A program made the position numbers and the translations under genes. This document shows positions 12,205 to 26,842 of a stretch of 64,000 bases of DNA, piece after piece. Position 1 is the first letter of the stretch. The number at the start of each line of letters is the position of its first letter. The DNA is taken from assembly GCF_009914755.1 (NCBI RefSeq), contig NC_060946.1. One strand, written 5' to 3'. The notes under the pieces were generated by a model. It did not search any database. It saw only the letters and a program-made list of their open reading frames with translations, and was not told the origin of the DNA. This stretch comes from the human T2T-CHM13v2.0 reference genome, Homo sapiens.

Positions 12205-15200
12205 GTTCTCAACCCTCACCCCCCACCACGGGAGACTAGAGCTGCAGGATCCCAGGGGAGGGGTCTCTCCTCCCACCCCAAGGCATCAAGCCCTTCTCCC
12301 TGCACTCAATAAACCCTCAATAAATATTCTCATTGTCAATCAGAAATCTTGTTTTATCTCATTTTTTCTTTTCTCACATATAATTCCTAGCCTTTCCTGG
12401 GTTCTCAATTTGTGGTGGAAAGAACCCTGAACCCAGTGGGAAAGTTGCCTATGTGAAGGGGTTCTCAGTTCCCTGGGCATCTCTGCAGGTAAGGCCTTCC
12501 TCACCCAGACACCCCTTCCTCAGCTCTCCACTGTACCCCTGAGCCACCAGCCTCGCCTGGCTGGGACCAGGGGGGTGTCACACTCTCCTAGATTCTGCCT
12601 TTCAACAGAAACCTAACCACGCATCACACGGCACTTCTCGCATGCCTTCTGTGTCTGCTCCAGTCTCTGGGCTAAAGAGTTGCTGGTCCGGGACAGGGGA
12701 TAGGTCCGCTCTTGGTCAGATGCCAGGTCCCTGCCATGGCATCCCTGACCCTATGCAACAAGCCAGTGACTCTGGTGAGCTCTCTGTGTCAGGAGAATCC
12801 ATGATCCAGAGTTTCATATTGTCCTGCAAGCATCTGGTGGGCTGTAGCTCTTGCCAAACTGGGAAATACCATGGCCCAGCATCAGGATGCAGGACAGTCC
12901 GGAGAGGGAAATCAGGAGAAGTGAAGGGGTCTCTGGGGAGCCCAGATGTGGGCTAGAGGCAGAAGTAAGGGTGAAGAGCACCTATGAGTCAATGTCATGG
13001 TCTCAGCAGGAACACAGTTGAAAATCCCCATTCCACACAAGACCGTTTAGCAGGAAAGGAGTCCATACTTGTGCTGCCACCAGGATGTCCTGAGAAGCCT
13101 TGGAGAATGAAACATACAGGTGCATTTCCTAGACTTGACAATGCACGTTAGCCAAGTAAAGGCAATGAAAAGTTCTCTACTAGGGAAATAATTTCCTGTG
13201 GTAAAGCTTAGCTTATGTAAAGTCACATTTATCCATCTGGCACCTCTAAAAGCCCCATAATATTCTGCAAGATACTAGTATGTCATGGAAGTAGTTTATG
13301 AAACATAAAGTGAGATTTAAGAACAAAGATGTTACGGGTGTATGATAAGATGGCTACAGGCTCAGGGTCAGGCTCGAGGAGTGAAGGAGGCCGTGTCAAA
13401 TTCATGACAAGAGTTGGAGCTGGGCCAGGCTGGGTCAGGGCTGTGTGAATGCAGACAGAGGGCTACAGGCAAGGTCAGGCATCCATGAACACTCAGCTCC
13501 CCCAGACCCTCCTGCCCACTGGGACCTTCGCCCTCCCTTGGTCACAGTGGTGGAGCCTTCCTACCCAAACCTCTATGGAGGCCCTGGATGACTGTGCGTT
13601 CTTAGTGCCCACGCAAACTTAGACTCCCTGTCTCTGCCTCCAGCACATCAGGAATGTGGCAGCTGAGTTCACCAGAGCTGCTGGGTGGTCCCGACAGGCC
13701 AGGGACAGAGCCCGCAAAGACAGGAAGCTCTGCAGTCACAATGAGGCAGAGAAATGGCCCCTTGGTGCTTGATCACAGCCACCCCTGATCCAAATCCCAG
13801 CCTCTGAATTAGAAGAAGGCTAAAAGGTTCTAGTGGCCACAGTCCCTGTCTAAGCCCATTTCACAAATGAGAAAACTAAGACCACCCAAGGAGGGCCAGT
13901 TACGTAGGCCTGCTGGGTACAAGGCCAAGGTCTACTTCACACCCAGCAGCTGTCCAAAGACTGAGCTGTGTCATAAGTTTATATTATGAAGAACTCTGAA
14001 CATATAAATAAGGAGACAGAAAAATAACAGTGTCCCATGTTCTCATCACCCAGCACTCAAAATAAGCAATTCACAGATGATGCCGACCCACCCACAGCAA
14101 AATAAATTCTCCCTTACACAACATTTAGAAAGAAATACAAGACATCAGATCTGTTCAGCTGTAAGTACTCCATTACTGTCCTGGAATGACATGGACCTTA
14201 AAATAACTATAATATCACTACCAAACCTAAATAGAAATTATCACTAATTCCCTAATATCGAGAAATAAGCAGGGTCTCCTCAAATGCATCAGAAACACCA
14301 GAAGTGCTTTGGCTTAGTTACATGTTGGTGCTGTTGGTATTTGGGGGTTTAAGTTTATATGAGGAGCAATATGACATCAAATGGTGATGGGTGCATGTGC
14401 CATCAGGCTGGTTGTCACTGGTGAATATTTCCTCAATTGCTCTAGAGCCTCCCGGCAAGGCAGGAGCTGCAGGAGCTGAGAGCTGTCTGGAGAACTTCCC
14501 CTGGCTGCTATACAGCCACGCCTCCTGGAGCAGGAACCTAGGGCTTCCCTCAGCTTTTATTTTCCTGGAAAATGATTCTAGCATGAAGGGGATTAACTTG
14601 ATTCAGATTGGACATTGCAAAATAGCTTGCAAGGACAGGGAGCTGCTACCAGCAGAGTCACCCATGTCAGACTGCCACTCTTGTAGTAATGTTAGCTGCA
14701 TAGGATGGTCAATAGCTACATCCCTCAGAAGGGAAGGAAGGCAGAGGGTTGAGGCTTCAGTTCACCTCCTTCTCATGAGTGCTGCAGAGTGTCTGTGATG
14801 TCAGAGGTCTGCAGCTGGGCTCTGTTCACCCAGGAGTGTGCTTCATGCTCTAGGAAGGAGCCACTTTGCACACAGAAGATCCGGGGCCCAGCCATCCTTC
14901 CAGGGTGAACAATTCATGTCTTCTCTCATGGTGAACTCTAGGATTCAAGCCATCTAATGCTTTTGAAGCCACTGTCATTATATTTAATTGATGATGACAG
15001 GTGGCCACCAATGATGAATATTTTCCCAGGGGGAGTCTCCCCAAGTGGCTTCAGACTTCCTCACATGGCCCCAGGGGATTAAATGGCTCCTGATTACTCA
15101 GAGGATAAGAGGTTCTGTCTTATCATGTTCCTTTCTTATTTGTCTTATGTGTCTTTCCTGCCCCAGGCCTGGGATCCCCCACTGATCTCCCTTCCCTTAG

Positions 15201-15868
15201 TGAGAGGTGATATTTGGAGACCACATTCTGGAGGCTCCCTCATGTCCCCCATTTGAAAAAGACAACGGCAGCTACCACCCTAGCTGTCCCACCAAACATG
15301 AGGCCAGATTCAGGGGTGCAGGGATGCTCCCAAGGTTACCCTAACAGATGTGACTGGCATTTCATATTGGGACCAGCCAGGCCTCACTGACCAGGCCTAT
15401 CCAACTAGAACTACTCCAGAAGGTGGGGCTGAAACCCACCAAGGTTCCCAGAACACTGCACTCTAGGGCAATCAGCCTCTGCATGGGAGGAAAGGAGCAC
15501 CCTCTGCACCACCCCATGGTGTTACCAAAAGTTGAACCATGGGTTGGTTCAACTTTGCAGAGAAGAGACCACCTATCCCATCTGTGGAAATTCACTCCTT
15601 AGCGACACTAATGCCCTCTAATAAATTCAATCCTGGGCCTGAGTGATGGTTGGTGCAAAAAACAAATTCAAGATCCCAGTGTCCTCCAGAAGCCTGGATT
15701 TCCAGGGATCCTGCTGTGGGTCACAGGATGTCACCGGTCCCCTCTCTCTGTGGGTTGAGTGTGGGGGCCATGTGGACTCCCTCATGAGCAGATGCCACCA
15801 GGACCACTGGTCCCAGCTTCCTCCTTCACAGCTGCAGTGGGGGCTGGGGCTAGGGGCATCCCAGGGAG

Positions 15869-15896
15869 GGTTTTTGTATGAGCCTGTGTCACAGTG
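15869..15896 (-). other. 12-RSS of IGLJ3
   Basis: GGTTTTTGT 15869-15877, 12-bp spacer, CACAGTG 15890-15896; identical to the J2 RSS. Confidence 0.97.
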
Positions 15897-15934
15897 TTGG
15901 GTGTTCGGCGGAGGGACCAAGCTGACCGTCCTAG
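15897..15934 (+). CDS. IGLJ3: Ig lambda joining segment 3 (WVFGGG form, *02-like)
   Basis: WVFGGGTKLTVL, GTGAGT donor at 15935. Confidence 0.97.
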
Positions 15935-17132
15935 GTGAGTCTCTTCTCCCCTCTCCTTCCCCGCTCTTGGGACAATTTCTGCTGTTTTTGTTTGTTTCTG
16001 TATCTTGTCTCAACTTGTGGTCAGCCTTTCTCCCTGCATCCCAGGCCTGAGCAAGGACCTCTGCCCTCCCTGTTCAGACCCTTGCTTGCCTCAGCAGGTC
16101 ATTACAACCACTTCACCTCTGACCGCAGGGGCAGGGGACTAGATAGAATGACCTACTGAGCCTCGTCTGTCTGTCTGTCTGTCTCTCTGTCTGTCTGTCT
16201 GTCTCTCTGTTTGTCTCTCTGTCTGTCTGACAGGCGCAGGCTGGGTCTCTAAGCCTTGTTCTGTTCTGGCCTCCTCAGTCTGGGTTCTTGTCGGAACAGC
16301 TTTGCCCTTGGGTTACCTGGGTTCCATCTCCTGGGGAATTGGGAACAAGGGGTCTGAGGGAGGCACCTCCTGGGAGACTTTAGAAGGACCCAGTGCCCTC
16401 GGGGCTGATGCTCGGGAATCACAGAGCTGGGACCCAGAGCCAGGATCCAGACCCAGAATGAGGTAGGAGGTGGAGGGGCTGCCCTGGGCGTCTGGGGGCT
16501 GCCAGGGACTGAGCCCTGAGCCAGCCTGAGACTCAGGAAACCCCGTCAGGAGGGAGAAGGGAGAAGCAGACTCTGGACACCAGAAAGCCAGGGGAAGGGT
16601 CACAAAAGGAGTGGATGTGACGGAAGGGCGGGCTCCTGGGTCTCTTCAGAACATATCCCCTGTGCCCAGGGGGATCAGAGGGGCAGAGTCCACTGCGTGA
16701 AAGCCCCACTGCTATGACCAGGTAGCCGGGACGTGGGGTGGATGCCAGAAAAGACTCCACGGAATAAGAGAGAGCCCAGGACAGCAGGCAGGCTCTCCGA
16801 TCCCCCCAGGCCCTTGCCCCATACACGGGCTCCAGAACACACATTTGGCTGGAACAGCCTGAGGGACCAAAAGGCCCCAGTATCCCACAGAGCTGAGGAG
16901 CCAGGCCAGAAAAGTAACCCCAGAGTTCGCTGTGCAGGAGAGACACAGAGCTCTCTTTATCTGTCAGGATGGCAGGAGGGGACAGGGTCAGGGCACTGAG
17001 GGTCAGATGTCGGTGTGGGGGGCCAAGGCCCCGAGAGATCTCAGGACAGGTGGTCAGGTGTCTAAGGTAAAACAGCTCCCCGTGCAGATCAGGACATAGT
17101 GGAAAACACCCTGACCCCTCTGCCTGGCATAG

Positions 17133-17570
<438 letters not shown>

Positions 17571-20500
17571 GTTCTCATCCCTCACCCCCCACCACGGGAG
17601 ACTAGAGCTGCAGGATCCCAGGGGAGGGGTCTCTCCTCCCACCCCAAGGCATCAAGCCCTTCTCCCTGCACTCAATAAACCCTCAATAAATATTCTCATT
17701 GTCAATCAGAAATCTTGTTTTATCTCATTTTTTCTTTTCTCACATATAATTCCTAGCCTTCCCTGGGTTCTCAATTTACGGTGGAGGGAATTCTGCACCC
17801 AGTGGGAAAGTCACCCAAGGGAGGAGGCTTACAGCCTCCCCGAGTCATCTCTCTGGAAGGTCCTTCCTCTTCCAGTCACCCCTTCCCCAACTCTCCACCA
17901 TACCCCTGAGCCTCCAGCCTGGCCTCAGCTCAGACCAGTCCCACACCCTCCTCAATTTTACTTCTCAATAAAGACCTGATCATGTAAAACCCAGTTTCCA
18001 ATGTGTCGTCTGTGTCTGGTCATGTGCCTGTGCTGAAGGGTCACTGCTCTGGGACAGGAGGCAGTTTCAGGTGAGATCCCATGTCCCCGTCATCCCACAC
18101 CCCACCCAACCTGCCAGGAAACCGGGTGGGCTCCCTGTGCCAGGGGGAACCATGTTCCAGAGCAGAAAGTTGTCCCTGCAGAGTGGTCCCTGAAATGCAG
18201 TTCTTGCCCACCTGGGAAGGATGTGGAGCCTAGTGAGGACAGAGTGGTGGCCCTGAGCAGGGCATCGGGGAGAAACGAGGAGTGTTCCAGGACCCCCTGC
18301 TTTGGGCTAGAGACAGAAAACCCTTGAGCCCAGGCCAAGATCAGAGCAGAAACAGGGTTGAACTTCCCTGTCCCATCCATGATACCCAGTTAGGAGACCA
18401 TTTACTAGGTGCCATCACCTTACGTTACATTACAACATTACGTGATTGTGCCATCACCCGGGAGACATGAAAAAGGCTGGAAAATGGAACCCTTCAGTGT
18501 AGTTTACACTTTCACAATGTACGTTAGCTATGAAAGATGCTGACAAGTCCTGCAGTTGGAAAACAGTTCATGTTACATAACCTTGCAAGTCAAGAATTCT
18601 ATTCAGTGTCCCAACCCACTTAGCCCTAGAGCGCTCTTCAAGACACTGGTGTTCATGTCACTAGTGCTGGGACATGGGCTGAGGCTGAGGCACACAGATG
18701 ATTCGTTGTGATCAAATGGGTCAGGCTCAGGGTTAACACTGGCCAGGTCAGAAAGAGAGCATAGGGCTGAGATCTCAACCATGAAGAGTCTCGAATTCTA
18801 AAGTCAGGGGACGCAGTAGAGTTAGATTATGGTTATGGCTGGAGCCATGATGGCCAGCCTGTGTGAGGGTAGGACTCAGGTGGACTGGGTCAAATGAGAA
18901 AGGCACCATCCCAAGCATAGAATCGGCATCCATTGGTTGTCTGATGGAGGCTGTGTCAAAATCATACTCGCCCAAGAATCAGGGCCAGGTCACACTAGGT
19001 CAGGGCAGGGTAAGTGTGACTTAAGGGCTACAGGCAGGTCAAGTTTTCATGGGACTCAGCTACCTTAGACCCCTCCCCACCAGGGCCTACTCCCTCCCTC
19101 AATCATGTGGTTCAGCCCCTCCATGTGCACCTACACCCTGATGTCAGAGACACAATCATCCCAGGGTCCCTGACAGCGAGTGAGGTGGCCTTGGGAGATG
19201 CACTTCCCAGCCCTCCTCATCAGTCTTGGGCACTGTCAGGCCCCTTCTTGGTGCCTCCAGCACATCAGCGGTGTGGCAGGTGCCTTCACCAGAGCTGCTG
19301 GGTGGCCAGGCCAGGCCTGAGACAGAGCCTGCAAGGGCAGAGAACTCTAGGGCCATAGTGGGGCAGAGAAGGGGTTCCTCTTGGAGCCTAATCATAGAAC
19401 CCCTGCCTCAAGTCACAACCTACAAGTTAGAAGGAAACTTAAGGGTCCTGATTCCCACCACCCTGTCTGGCCCCATTTCATAGATGTGAACGCTGAGACC
19501 CCTATAGCAAAGAGGACCGCTTTGATCTCCACCTTCTCAATGGCCCTGCTGGGTAGGATCCCCTCTGGATGTCCCCTGGTGCTGTCCCAAGACTAATCTC
19601 TCTAATTACTGCCTTGTAAGATATTACGGAAACTGACAGCAAGAAAATAAAAAAACAGGATAATACAGCTCATGTTGACCCACCCACAATCAAGTAACCT
19701 CTTTTACACAGTTGTTTGAAGCAAATTGTAGACATCATGTCCATTAGTCTAAATATTCCATTTGTGTCTCTAAAAATATGGACCCCCCCCAAAAAACTAC
19801 ATTCTTACAAACCTAAATATAAATATCTAATTCTTTCATATCAAAAAAAGAATGTTTCCCATCAAATACTTCACAAATATCCTATGCTTCTTTCACTAGA
19901 CCTGTGTTTGTGTTGTTGTTATTCTGTGGTTTTCCATTTCATTTCTATGAGGATTCAATATGGTTTGAAATTGTGACTGGTGACTGTGTTTTTAGACCTG
20001 TTCTGTCTGCAGGTATCTTCCTCATTGATTTTTAATTTCCTTGCAAGGCAGGAGCTACAGGAGCTGGGGGTTGGTCCCAGGACCTTCCCATGGTCAGGAT
20101 ACAGCCTGTGGCCTCCCCAAGCTGGAAACAAGCGCTCCTCTCTGCTTCTGCGTTTCCTGAAAATTGGTTCTTGGCCAGAAAGGTTTAACAAGGCTCAGTG
20201 TGACTTTTCAGCAAGACCGCTTGGCTACTGGGCTCCCATGTGGGGTCATCTATTTGTGACGTTAGCTGGGCTTCACACTTTGTATCCAGTGCCATTAGAT
20301 GGTATATGGATGCAAGGTGACTGCATTTCAGTTCGACCACCTTTTCCTTCTACTGACTGTCTGTAAAAGGTGTGCCCTCATATGTTCTTTGCTCCTCTGG
20401 GAGTGTGATTCTTATTTCAGTAAGAAATAGCATAGACATGTTGAGTCTTTCCTTTCATTTAGCATCTTAATAATGATGACCATGTTGCCTGCCATCTCGT

Positions 20501-21450
20501 GAAGATGAACAATTATTTCATGGTGAGCTCAAAGTTATGTTACTGTATGTGACTCACTTGAGTCCACCATGGTTCTATTTCATTGATGATGACAATGACC
20601 CACCGTGGCCCACTCAGTGCCTCTTCTGGTGGCCCCAGGATCCTCCTGAAGGAACCCAGGAGACCTCGATGGCTTTCCGCTCTCTGTTCACAATCTATCC
20701 TGGGCACATCTTTCTCCTGCCTTGTGCCTGGAATTGCCCATTAACCCCAAGTGGACTAGTCCCCATAACTGGGAGGTGGGATTTAGTGACCACACTTGGG
20801 GTGCTTCTCACACAGCCCTTTTGAGTCAGACACTCCAGACATACCCAGAAATGAGACAAGACCCTGAAAGGGTAACAGGGGCTTGCTTCCAACTTCTCCC
20901 TGGAGGTTGAGGCTGGCATTTCATACTAAAACCTAGTGAGACCCATCCCAAACTAAGACAACACAAGGAGGACGGAAGTGAGACGCCCTGGAGTTGTGGT
21001 TGTGGTCACGTTGGAGCTTCCCATGACTGCTGACTCTGGGGCAAGCTGCCCCTCCTCTAAGGCACTCACTGGGGACACCTGAGGACGCCTCCTGCTCTTA
21101 CCCTGTAGTCACACCAAGAGATCAGGGTTACAACAACCCTATAGAGAATCCCTGTCCCCTTCCATGTCACTTCACTCCTTCGTGAAGCAAATGCCCTCAA
21201 GGAGCTCATTCCCATTCCTGGGTCACAGTCACCTGGAAAACCTGATCCAGACACCAACCTCCTCAGGCCTCGCCATTTCCAGACGTCCCGTTACTGCATA
21301 CGCTTGGTCGACTGTCCCATCTCAGCTTGAGAAGGGCAGGCAGGTGTGTGGACTCTGCTGAGCAAATGCCTTCCAGGGGCAGTGGTCTGGCTTCCTGCAC
21401 CATAGCTTCAGGTGGGGGATGGGGAGGGGGAGTTAGGGGCCCCAGGGAAG

Positions 21451-21516
21451 AGTTTTTGTATGAACCTGTGTCACCGCATTTTGTATTTGGTGGAGGAACC
21501 CAGCTGATCATTTTAG
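21451..21516 (+). pseudogene. IGLJ4: IGLJ4 (21479-21516) with defective RSS and splice donor
   Basis: Nonamer AGTTTTTGT 21451-21459, heptamer CACCGCA 21472-21478, FVFGGGTQLIIL, donor ATGAGT instead of GTGAGT. Confidence 0.93.
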
Positions 21517-21726
21517 ATGAGTCTCTTCTTCCCTTTCTTTCCCTGCCAAGTTGGTGACAATTTTATTCTGATTTCGATCTTTGTCTGTGACTTGCCACAG
21601 CCTGTGGTCAGGGTTTCCTTTGGGACCTCGGTCCTGGGAGGCTGATCTCTCTCCTCCCTATTCAGACCCCTGTATGCCTCAGCTGGTCACTGAGACACCT
21701 TCATCTCCTCTGACCCCAGAGGCAGG

Positions 21727-21989
21727 GAGCTCCAAGACAAGGCCACACTGGTGTGTCTCATGAGTGACTTCTACCCGAGAGCCATGACAGTGGCCTGGAA
21801 GATAGATGGCATCACCATCACCCAGGGTGTGGAGACCACCACACCCTCCAAACAGAGCAACAAGTATGCGGCCAGCAGCTACCTAAGACTGGCACCCGAC
21901 AGTGGAAGTCCCACAACCTCTACAGCTGCCAGGTCACGCATGAAAGGAACACTGTGGAGAAGACAGTGGCCCCTGCAGAATGTTCTTAG
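21727..21989 (+). pseudogene. IGLC4: Ig lambda constant 4 pseudogene (5' truncated)
   Basis: C homology starts only at GAGCTCCAAG; acceptor and first codons missing; one AAC codon missing; 1-nt deletion (CCCGACAG versus CCCGAGCAG); AATAAA at 22099. Confidence 0.93.
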
Positions 21990-24900
21990 GTCCCCGACCC
22001 TCACCTACCCACGGGGGCCTAGAGCTGCAGGATCAGGGCATGTGTCTCCCCTCCCACTCCAAGTCATCCAGCCCTTCTCCCTGCACCCAGTAACCCTCAA
22101 TAAATATCCTCATTGTCAACCAGAAATCCTGCTGTCTGTCTTCATTTCTTATCTCATATTTAGTTTGCAACCTCCTTAAATTCTAAGCAAGGATGAGGAA
22201 AATCCAGGTGCCCAGTTTATCGGGTGAGAAGTCCATGGTGGTGCCATCACCAGGAACTTGTGGAAAGGTCTGGGAATGGAAACTCACAGGTGAATTTCAC
22301 AGATTTTCACAATACAGGGTGGCTAAGTAAAGACACTTACAAGTCCTGCAATAGGGAAACAGGAAGTCCAGAATCCTGCTCACCATCCCAGCCAACTTAG
22401 TGAGCCCTAGGATGCTCTGCAAGATACTGGTGTTCACGTCGCTAGCTCTGGAAAGTGGGGTGAGGCTGGGGCACACGGGTGATCAGTTATGATCAGATGG
22501 GCTTAGGGTGAGGTTCAAAGTTAACCAGCACGTGGCTGAGATCTCAACCATGAAGTTCCCAATTCTAAAGTCAGGCTCTGGGGTGGAGTGAGTATGTGCT
22601 TGGTGTGTGGCTGAGCCTGTGATGGTCAGCTCGTGTGAGGGGAGGACTCCTGTGGACTGAGACAAATGAGCAAAGACACCATCCCAGGCACAGAACGGGC
22701 ATCCCATGGTTGTCGGGGAGAGTCTGTGTCAGAGTCTCATTCTGGACTAGAGTCAAGGCTGGGTCACGCAAGGTCAGCACAGGGTGAACATGACCTAGGG
22801 GCTATCTATAGGCAAAGTCAGGCTTTCACGGGATCTCAACTGCCCCAAACACCCCCATCCCACCAGGCCCCACTCCCTCTGTCACTCACGTTGTTCCGTC
22901 CCCTCACCCCCTGCACCATGGTGCACCGGCAGCCTCACTCAGAGACACCCTCATCCCGGGGTCCCTGACAGTGGGCAATTTGGTCCCTTGAAGGCCTTGA
23001 CAGGCTCGGTTAATCCATAGTGCCCGGGCTGGGACCCCCACTGTTTCTGGTTCATCAGGGACATGGCAGCAGCTGCTGGATGGCCAGCCAGGACAGGAAC
23101 AGAGCTGCAAGGCCTGGGGGCTTTTTCCACAATGATACACAAAGAGAGGGGCCCCTTTGGAGCTCAGTCCCAGCCACCCCTGCCCCAAATCACAGCCGTG
23201 AGCTGAATTGAATTTCAGGTGCCCAGAGTCCCTCAGCCTCTGTTTGACCCATTTCACAGCTATGAAAATTCAAGCCCATGGGAGACACTGTCCCAAGCTT
23301 CACCCTCTCTATAAGTTGTACATTTTTATGATGAAGATCTCTGAACACAAAAATAGGGAGACAGAAGAATAGTAATGACTCCAAGGTTCCCATCAGCCAG
23401 TCCGCAGCATCATCCATTTTCAGATAATGCGGACCCACCCACAGCAGAATAACTAAACTACTCCTTCAAGCAAGGGTGTGAAGCAAATGCTAGTCATCAC
23501 ACACACAACTGGAGAGAATATCAAGGATTTCTTGACATCAAAAATAGTTAATGAGAGTCTTATCAAATGTCTTGTGAATATCATTGTGTCTATTTTTGTC
23601 GACTTTGTGGTGCTGTTGCATATTTGTGATTTAATTTCATTTCTATGTGGATTAAATACTTGACGTTATCATTGGTGAATGTGTTTTTAGACCCATTCCA
23701 TCTGCAGGTGTCTCCCAAATTGCTCTAGCTTTCCCTGGCAAGGCAGGAGCTGCAGGAGCAGAGAGCTGGTCCCGGGACCTCCCACAGTCGGGATGCAGGC
23801 GCCACCTCCCTGAGCAGGAACCCAGTGCTTCCCTCAACCTCTCTTTTCCTGAAAAATGGTTCTAGCATCAAGAGGCTCAAGGGGGTTCAGGCTGGACATT
23901 GGCAAACTCGCTTCCCAGGACACGTGGCTACTTCCAGCAAAGCCACCCATGTTGTGTTGTCATTCTTTCAGTGACATTAGCTGCATTTGATGATCAATAA
24001 CTTCGCGCCTCAGATGAGAAGGAAGGCAGATGGTCAAGACTTCGGTCCACCTCCTTCTCATGAGGGCTTCCAGAAGGGAGGGCACAGCAGCTGCACCGTG
24101 CGCTCAGGAGTGTGCTTCATGCTTTGGGAAGAAGAAAAAATGTACATTCTTCCCTTTTGTTCACCACTTTGATAACTGATGATCTGGTGCCCAGCCATCC
24201 TCCAGGGCGCACAGCACAATGTAGTACCGGAGTGAGCTCTAGCGTGTGAGGACATCTGACATGTGGGCTCCACTGCAGATATACTGAATTGCAATGACAA
24301 TGCGGCTACAAAACATAAACATTTACCCACTGGGCGCCTCCTCAGGTGGCATCTGATTTTCTCCCATTGCCCCAGGAGCTTCCATGGCTCCTGATTTCTC
24401 GGAGGATGAGAGGTTCTGTCTCATCATGTCCCTTTCCTGCCCCAGGCCTGGGATCCCGCACTGACCTCACCTCCCTTAGCAGAAGGTGATATTTGGAGAC
24501 CACACTCGGGAGCTCCTTTATGTCCCTCACATTTGAATAAGGCAGTGGCAGCCACTACCCCACCTCACCCACCAAAATGAGACCAGGTTGAGGGGTGCAG
24601 GAGATCCTTCCATTTTACCCTGGAGGATGGGGCTGGCATTTCCAGTGGGGACCAGCCAGGCCTCACTGGCCAGGCCCATCCCAACTAGGACAAGCCCAGG
24701 GAAGGCTGGGCTGAGGCTCCTGGAGTCACAGATAGGTTCATGGGAAGCTTCCCAAGACACCGCACTCTAGGGTAACCAGCTTCTTCCTGGAGGGAGAGGG
24801 CACTCTCTGCATCACCCCAGGGCGTCACCAAGCAGTCAGTGTCGAGTCAGCTCCACCAGGGAGACCATTTATCCCTGACCATGGGAGTTCACTCCTAGTG

Positions 24901-25153
24901 ACACAGTGCCCTCCAATAAACTCATCCCCATGGCTGCATGATGGTTGGTGGGAAAACCAAATCCACTGTCCTCCAGGAACCAGGATTTCTAGGGATCCTG
25001 CTGGTCACAGGATGTCAGCTGTCCCCTTCTCTCTGTGGGGGTGAGTGTGGCAGCCGTGTGAACTCCCTCATGAGCAGATGCCACCAGGGGCTGTGGCCTC
25101 AGCTTCCTCCATCACAGCTGCAGCGGGGGTTGGGGGTAGAGGCGTCCAGAGAG

Positions 25154-25219
25154 GGTTTTTGTATGAGCCTGTGTCACAGCACTGGGTGTTTGGTGAGGGG
25201 ACCGAGCTGACCGTCCTAG
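25154..25219 (+). pseudogene. IGLJ5: IGLJ5 (25182-25219) with defective heptamer and splice donor
   Basis: Nonamer GGTTTTTGT 25154-25162, heptamer CACAGCA 25175-25181, WVFGEGTELTVL, donor ATGAGT. Confidence 0.93.
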
Positions 25220-26533
25220 ATGAGTCTTTTCCCCCTCCTTCCCTGGTCTCCCCAAGGTACTGGGAAATTTTCTGCTGCTTTTGTTCTTTTCTGTATCTTG
25301 TGTTGACCTGTGGTGATGCTTTCTCTCTGGAGCCTAGGCCCTGGTCAAGGACCTCTCCCCTCCCTGTTTAGACCCTTACCTCAGTGGGTCACCAAGACCC
25401 CTTCACCTCTGACCTCAGATGTAGGGCACTAGACTGGATGACCTACTGAGACTCATCTGTCTGTCTGTCTGCCAGAGCCAGGCTGCTTCCCTAAAACTTG
25501 CTCAGTTCTGTCCTCCCCCACCTGGGCTTCTGTCTAACGAACTTTGTGCAAGGGAAACTGAGGCCCCATCTCATGAGGGAGAGGGAACAAGGGGCTCGAA
25601 GGAGTGACCACCTGGTGGACTTTAGAAGGACCTGAAACCCTCAGAGCCAAGATAGGGGAATGAAAACTCAGAGTCTCAGGGCCCAGTCCCCTGGACTGTG
25701 GGACTCTGGATCCAGGCTGGGAACAAGGTAGGAGGTGCAGGGGCCTCTCCAGGTTTCTGTGGGCTCCCAGGGAGAGAGCCCTGAGCTGGCCTGGGACCCA
25801 TGAAGCCCTGTCAGGAGGGACGGGAAGGCTCTGGACATGAAGGAGCCAGGTGAAGTGTCACGAAAGGCCATGGCATTCAGGGAGGTGGCTGATGGGTCTC
25901 TGTGGGAGGCACCCCTAGAAGCAGGAACCCCTGAGTTCACCGACAGGCATATCCCAAGGCAGAAAAACTGTAGATTGGCCCTAAACACAGAGAGACTCTA
26001 ACACAGACTCCACAGACAAAGAGCCCAGGACAGACAGACAGTGGGACTTGGGTGAGCAAAGGCCCTGACTCCACTGCAGAAGATCCAGGAGAGACGGATG
26101 TGGGTACAAACAAGAGCTCTTACGTGAGAGACCCACTCTCCCCCAACCCAGAGCAGCTGTGTCAGGTGAGAAAAGTTTCCAGAGTGAATCTAACAAGAGG
26201 CTCACAGAGCTCAGAGAACACAGCCAGAGCCGGATCACGTCAGGATGACAGGGTGAGGCAGCGCCAGGCAATTGAAGGTCCACTGTCTATACAAAAGCCC
26301 AAGTCCTTGGAAGATTTCCAAACAGGCGATGGGCAGGGGCCAAGCTCAGAGGTTTTCTGACTGACAGAGTTCTTTTAGGAACATGATGTCACACCCTTCT
26401 GAGACAGTGTGGACCACATCTGAGAGGTCCTGCACTGGTACTGGGGGGCCTGAACACTCCTCATGCACTGAGGTCAGGGGCTCCCCAGGTGGACACCAGG
26501 ACTCTGACCTCCTGCCCCTCATCCATTCTGCAG

Positions 26534-26842
26534 GTCCGCTCAAGGCCACCCCCTTGGTCACTCTGTTCCCGCCCTCCTCTGAGGAGCTCCAAGCCAACAA
26601 GGCCATGCTGGTGTGTCTCATAAATGACTTCTACCCAGGAGCCATAGAAGGAAAATGGCACCCTAGTCACCAAGGGCATAGAGACAACCACACCCTCCAC
26701 ACAGAGCAACAACAACTATGCGGCCAGCAGCTACCTGAGCCTGACGCCCGAGCAGTGGAAGTCCCACAGAAGCTACAGCTGCCAGGTCACGCACAAAGAA
26801 AGTACCATGGAGAAGACAATGGCCCATGCAGAATGTTCTTAG
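26534..26842 (+). pseudogene. IGLC5: Ig lambda constant 5 pseudogene
   Basis: 309 nt versus 320 nt in intact exons; 11-nt frameshifting deletion near 26644 (GCCATAGAAG versus GCCGTGACAGTGGCCTGGAAG); AATAAA at 26945 and 26956. Confidence 0.94.
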
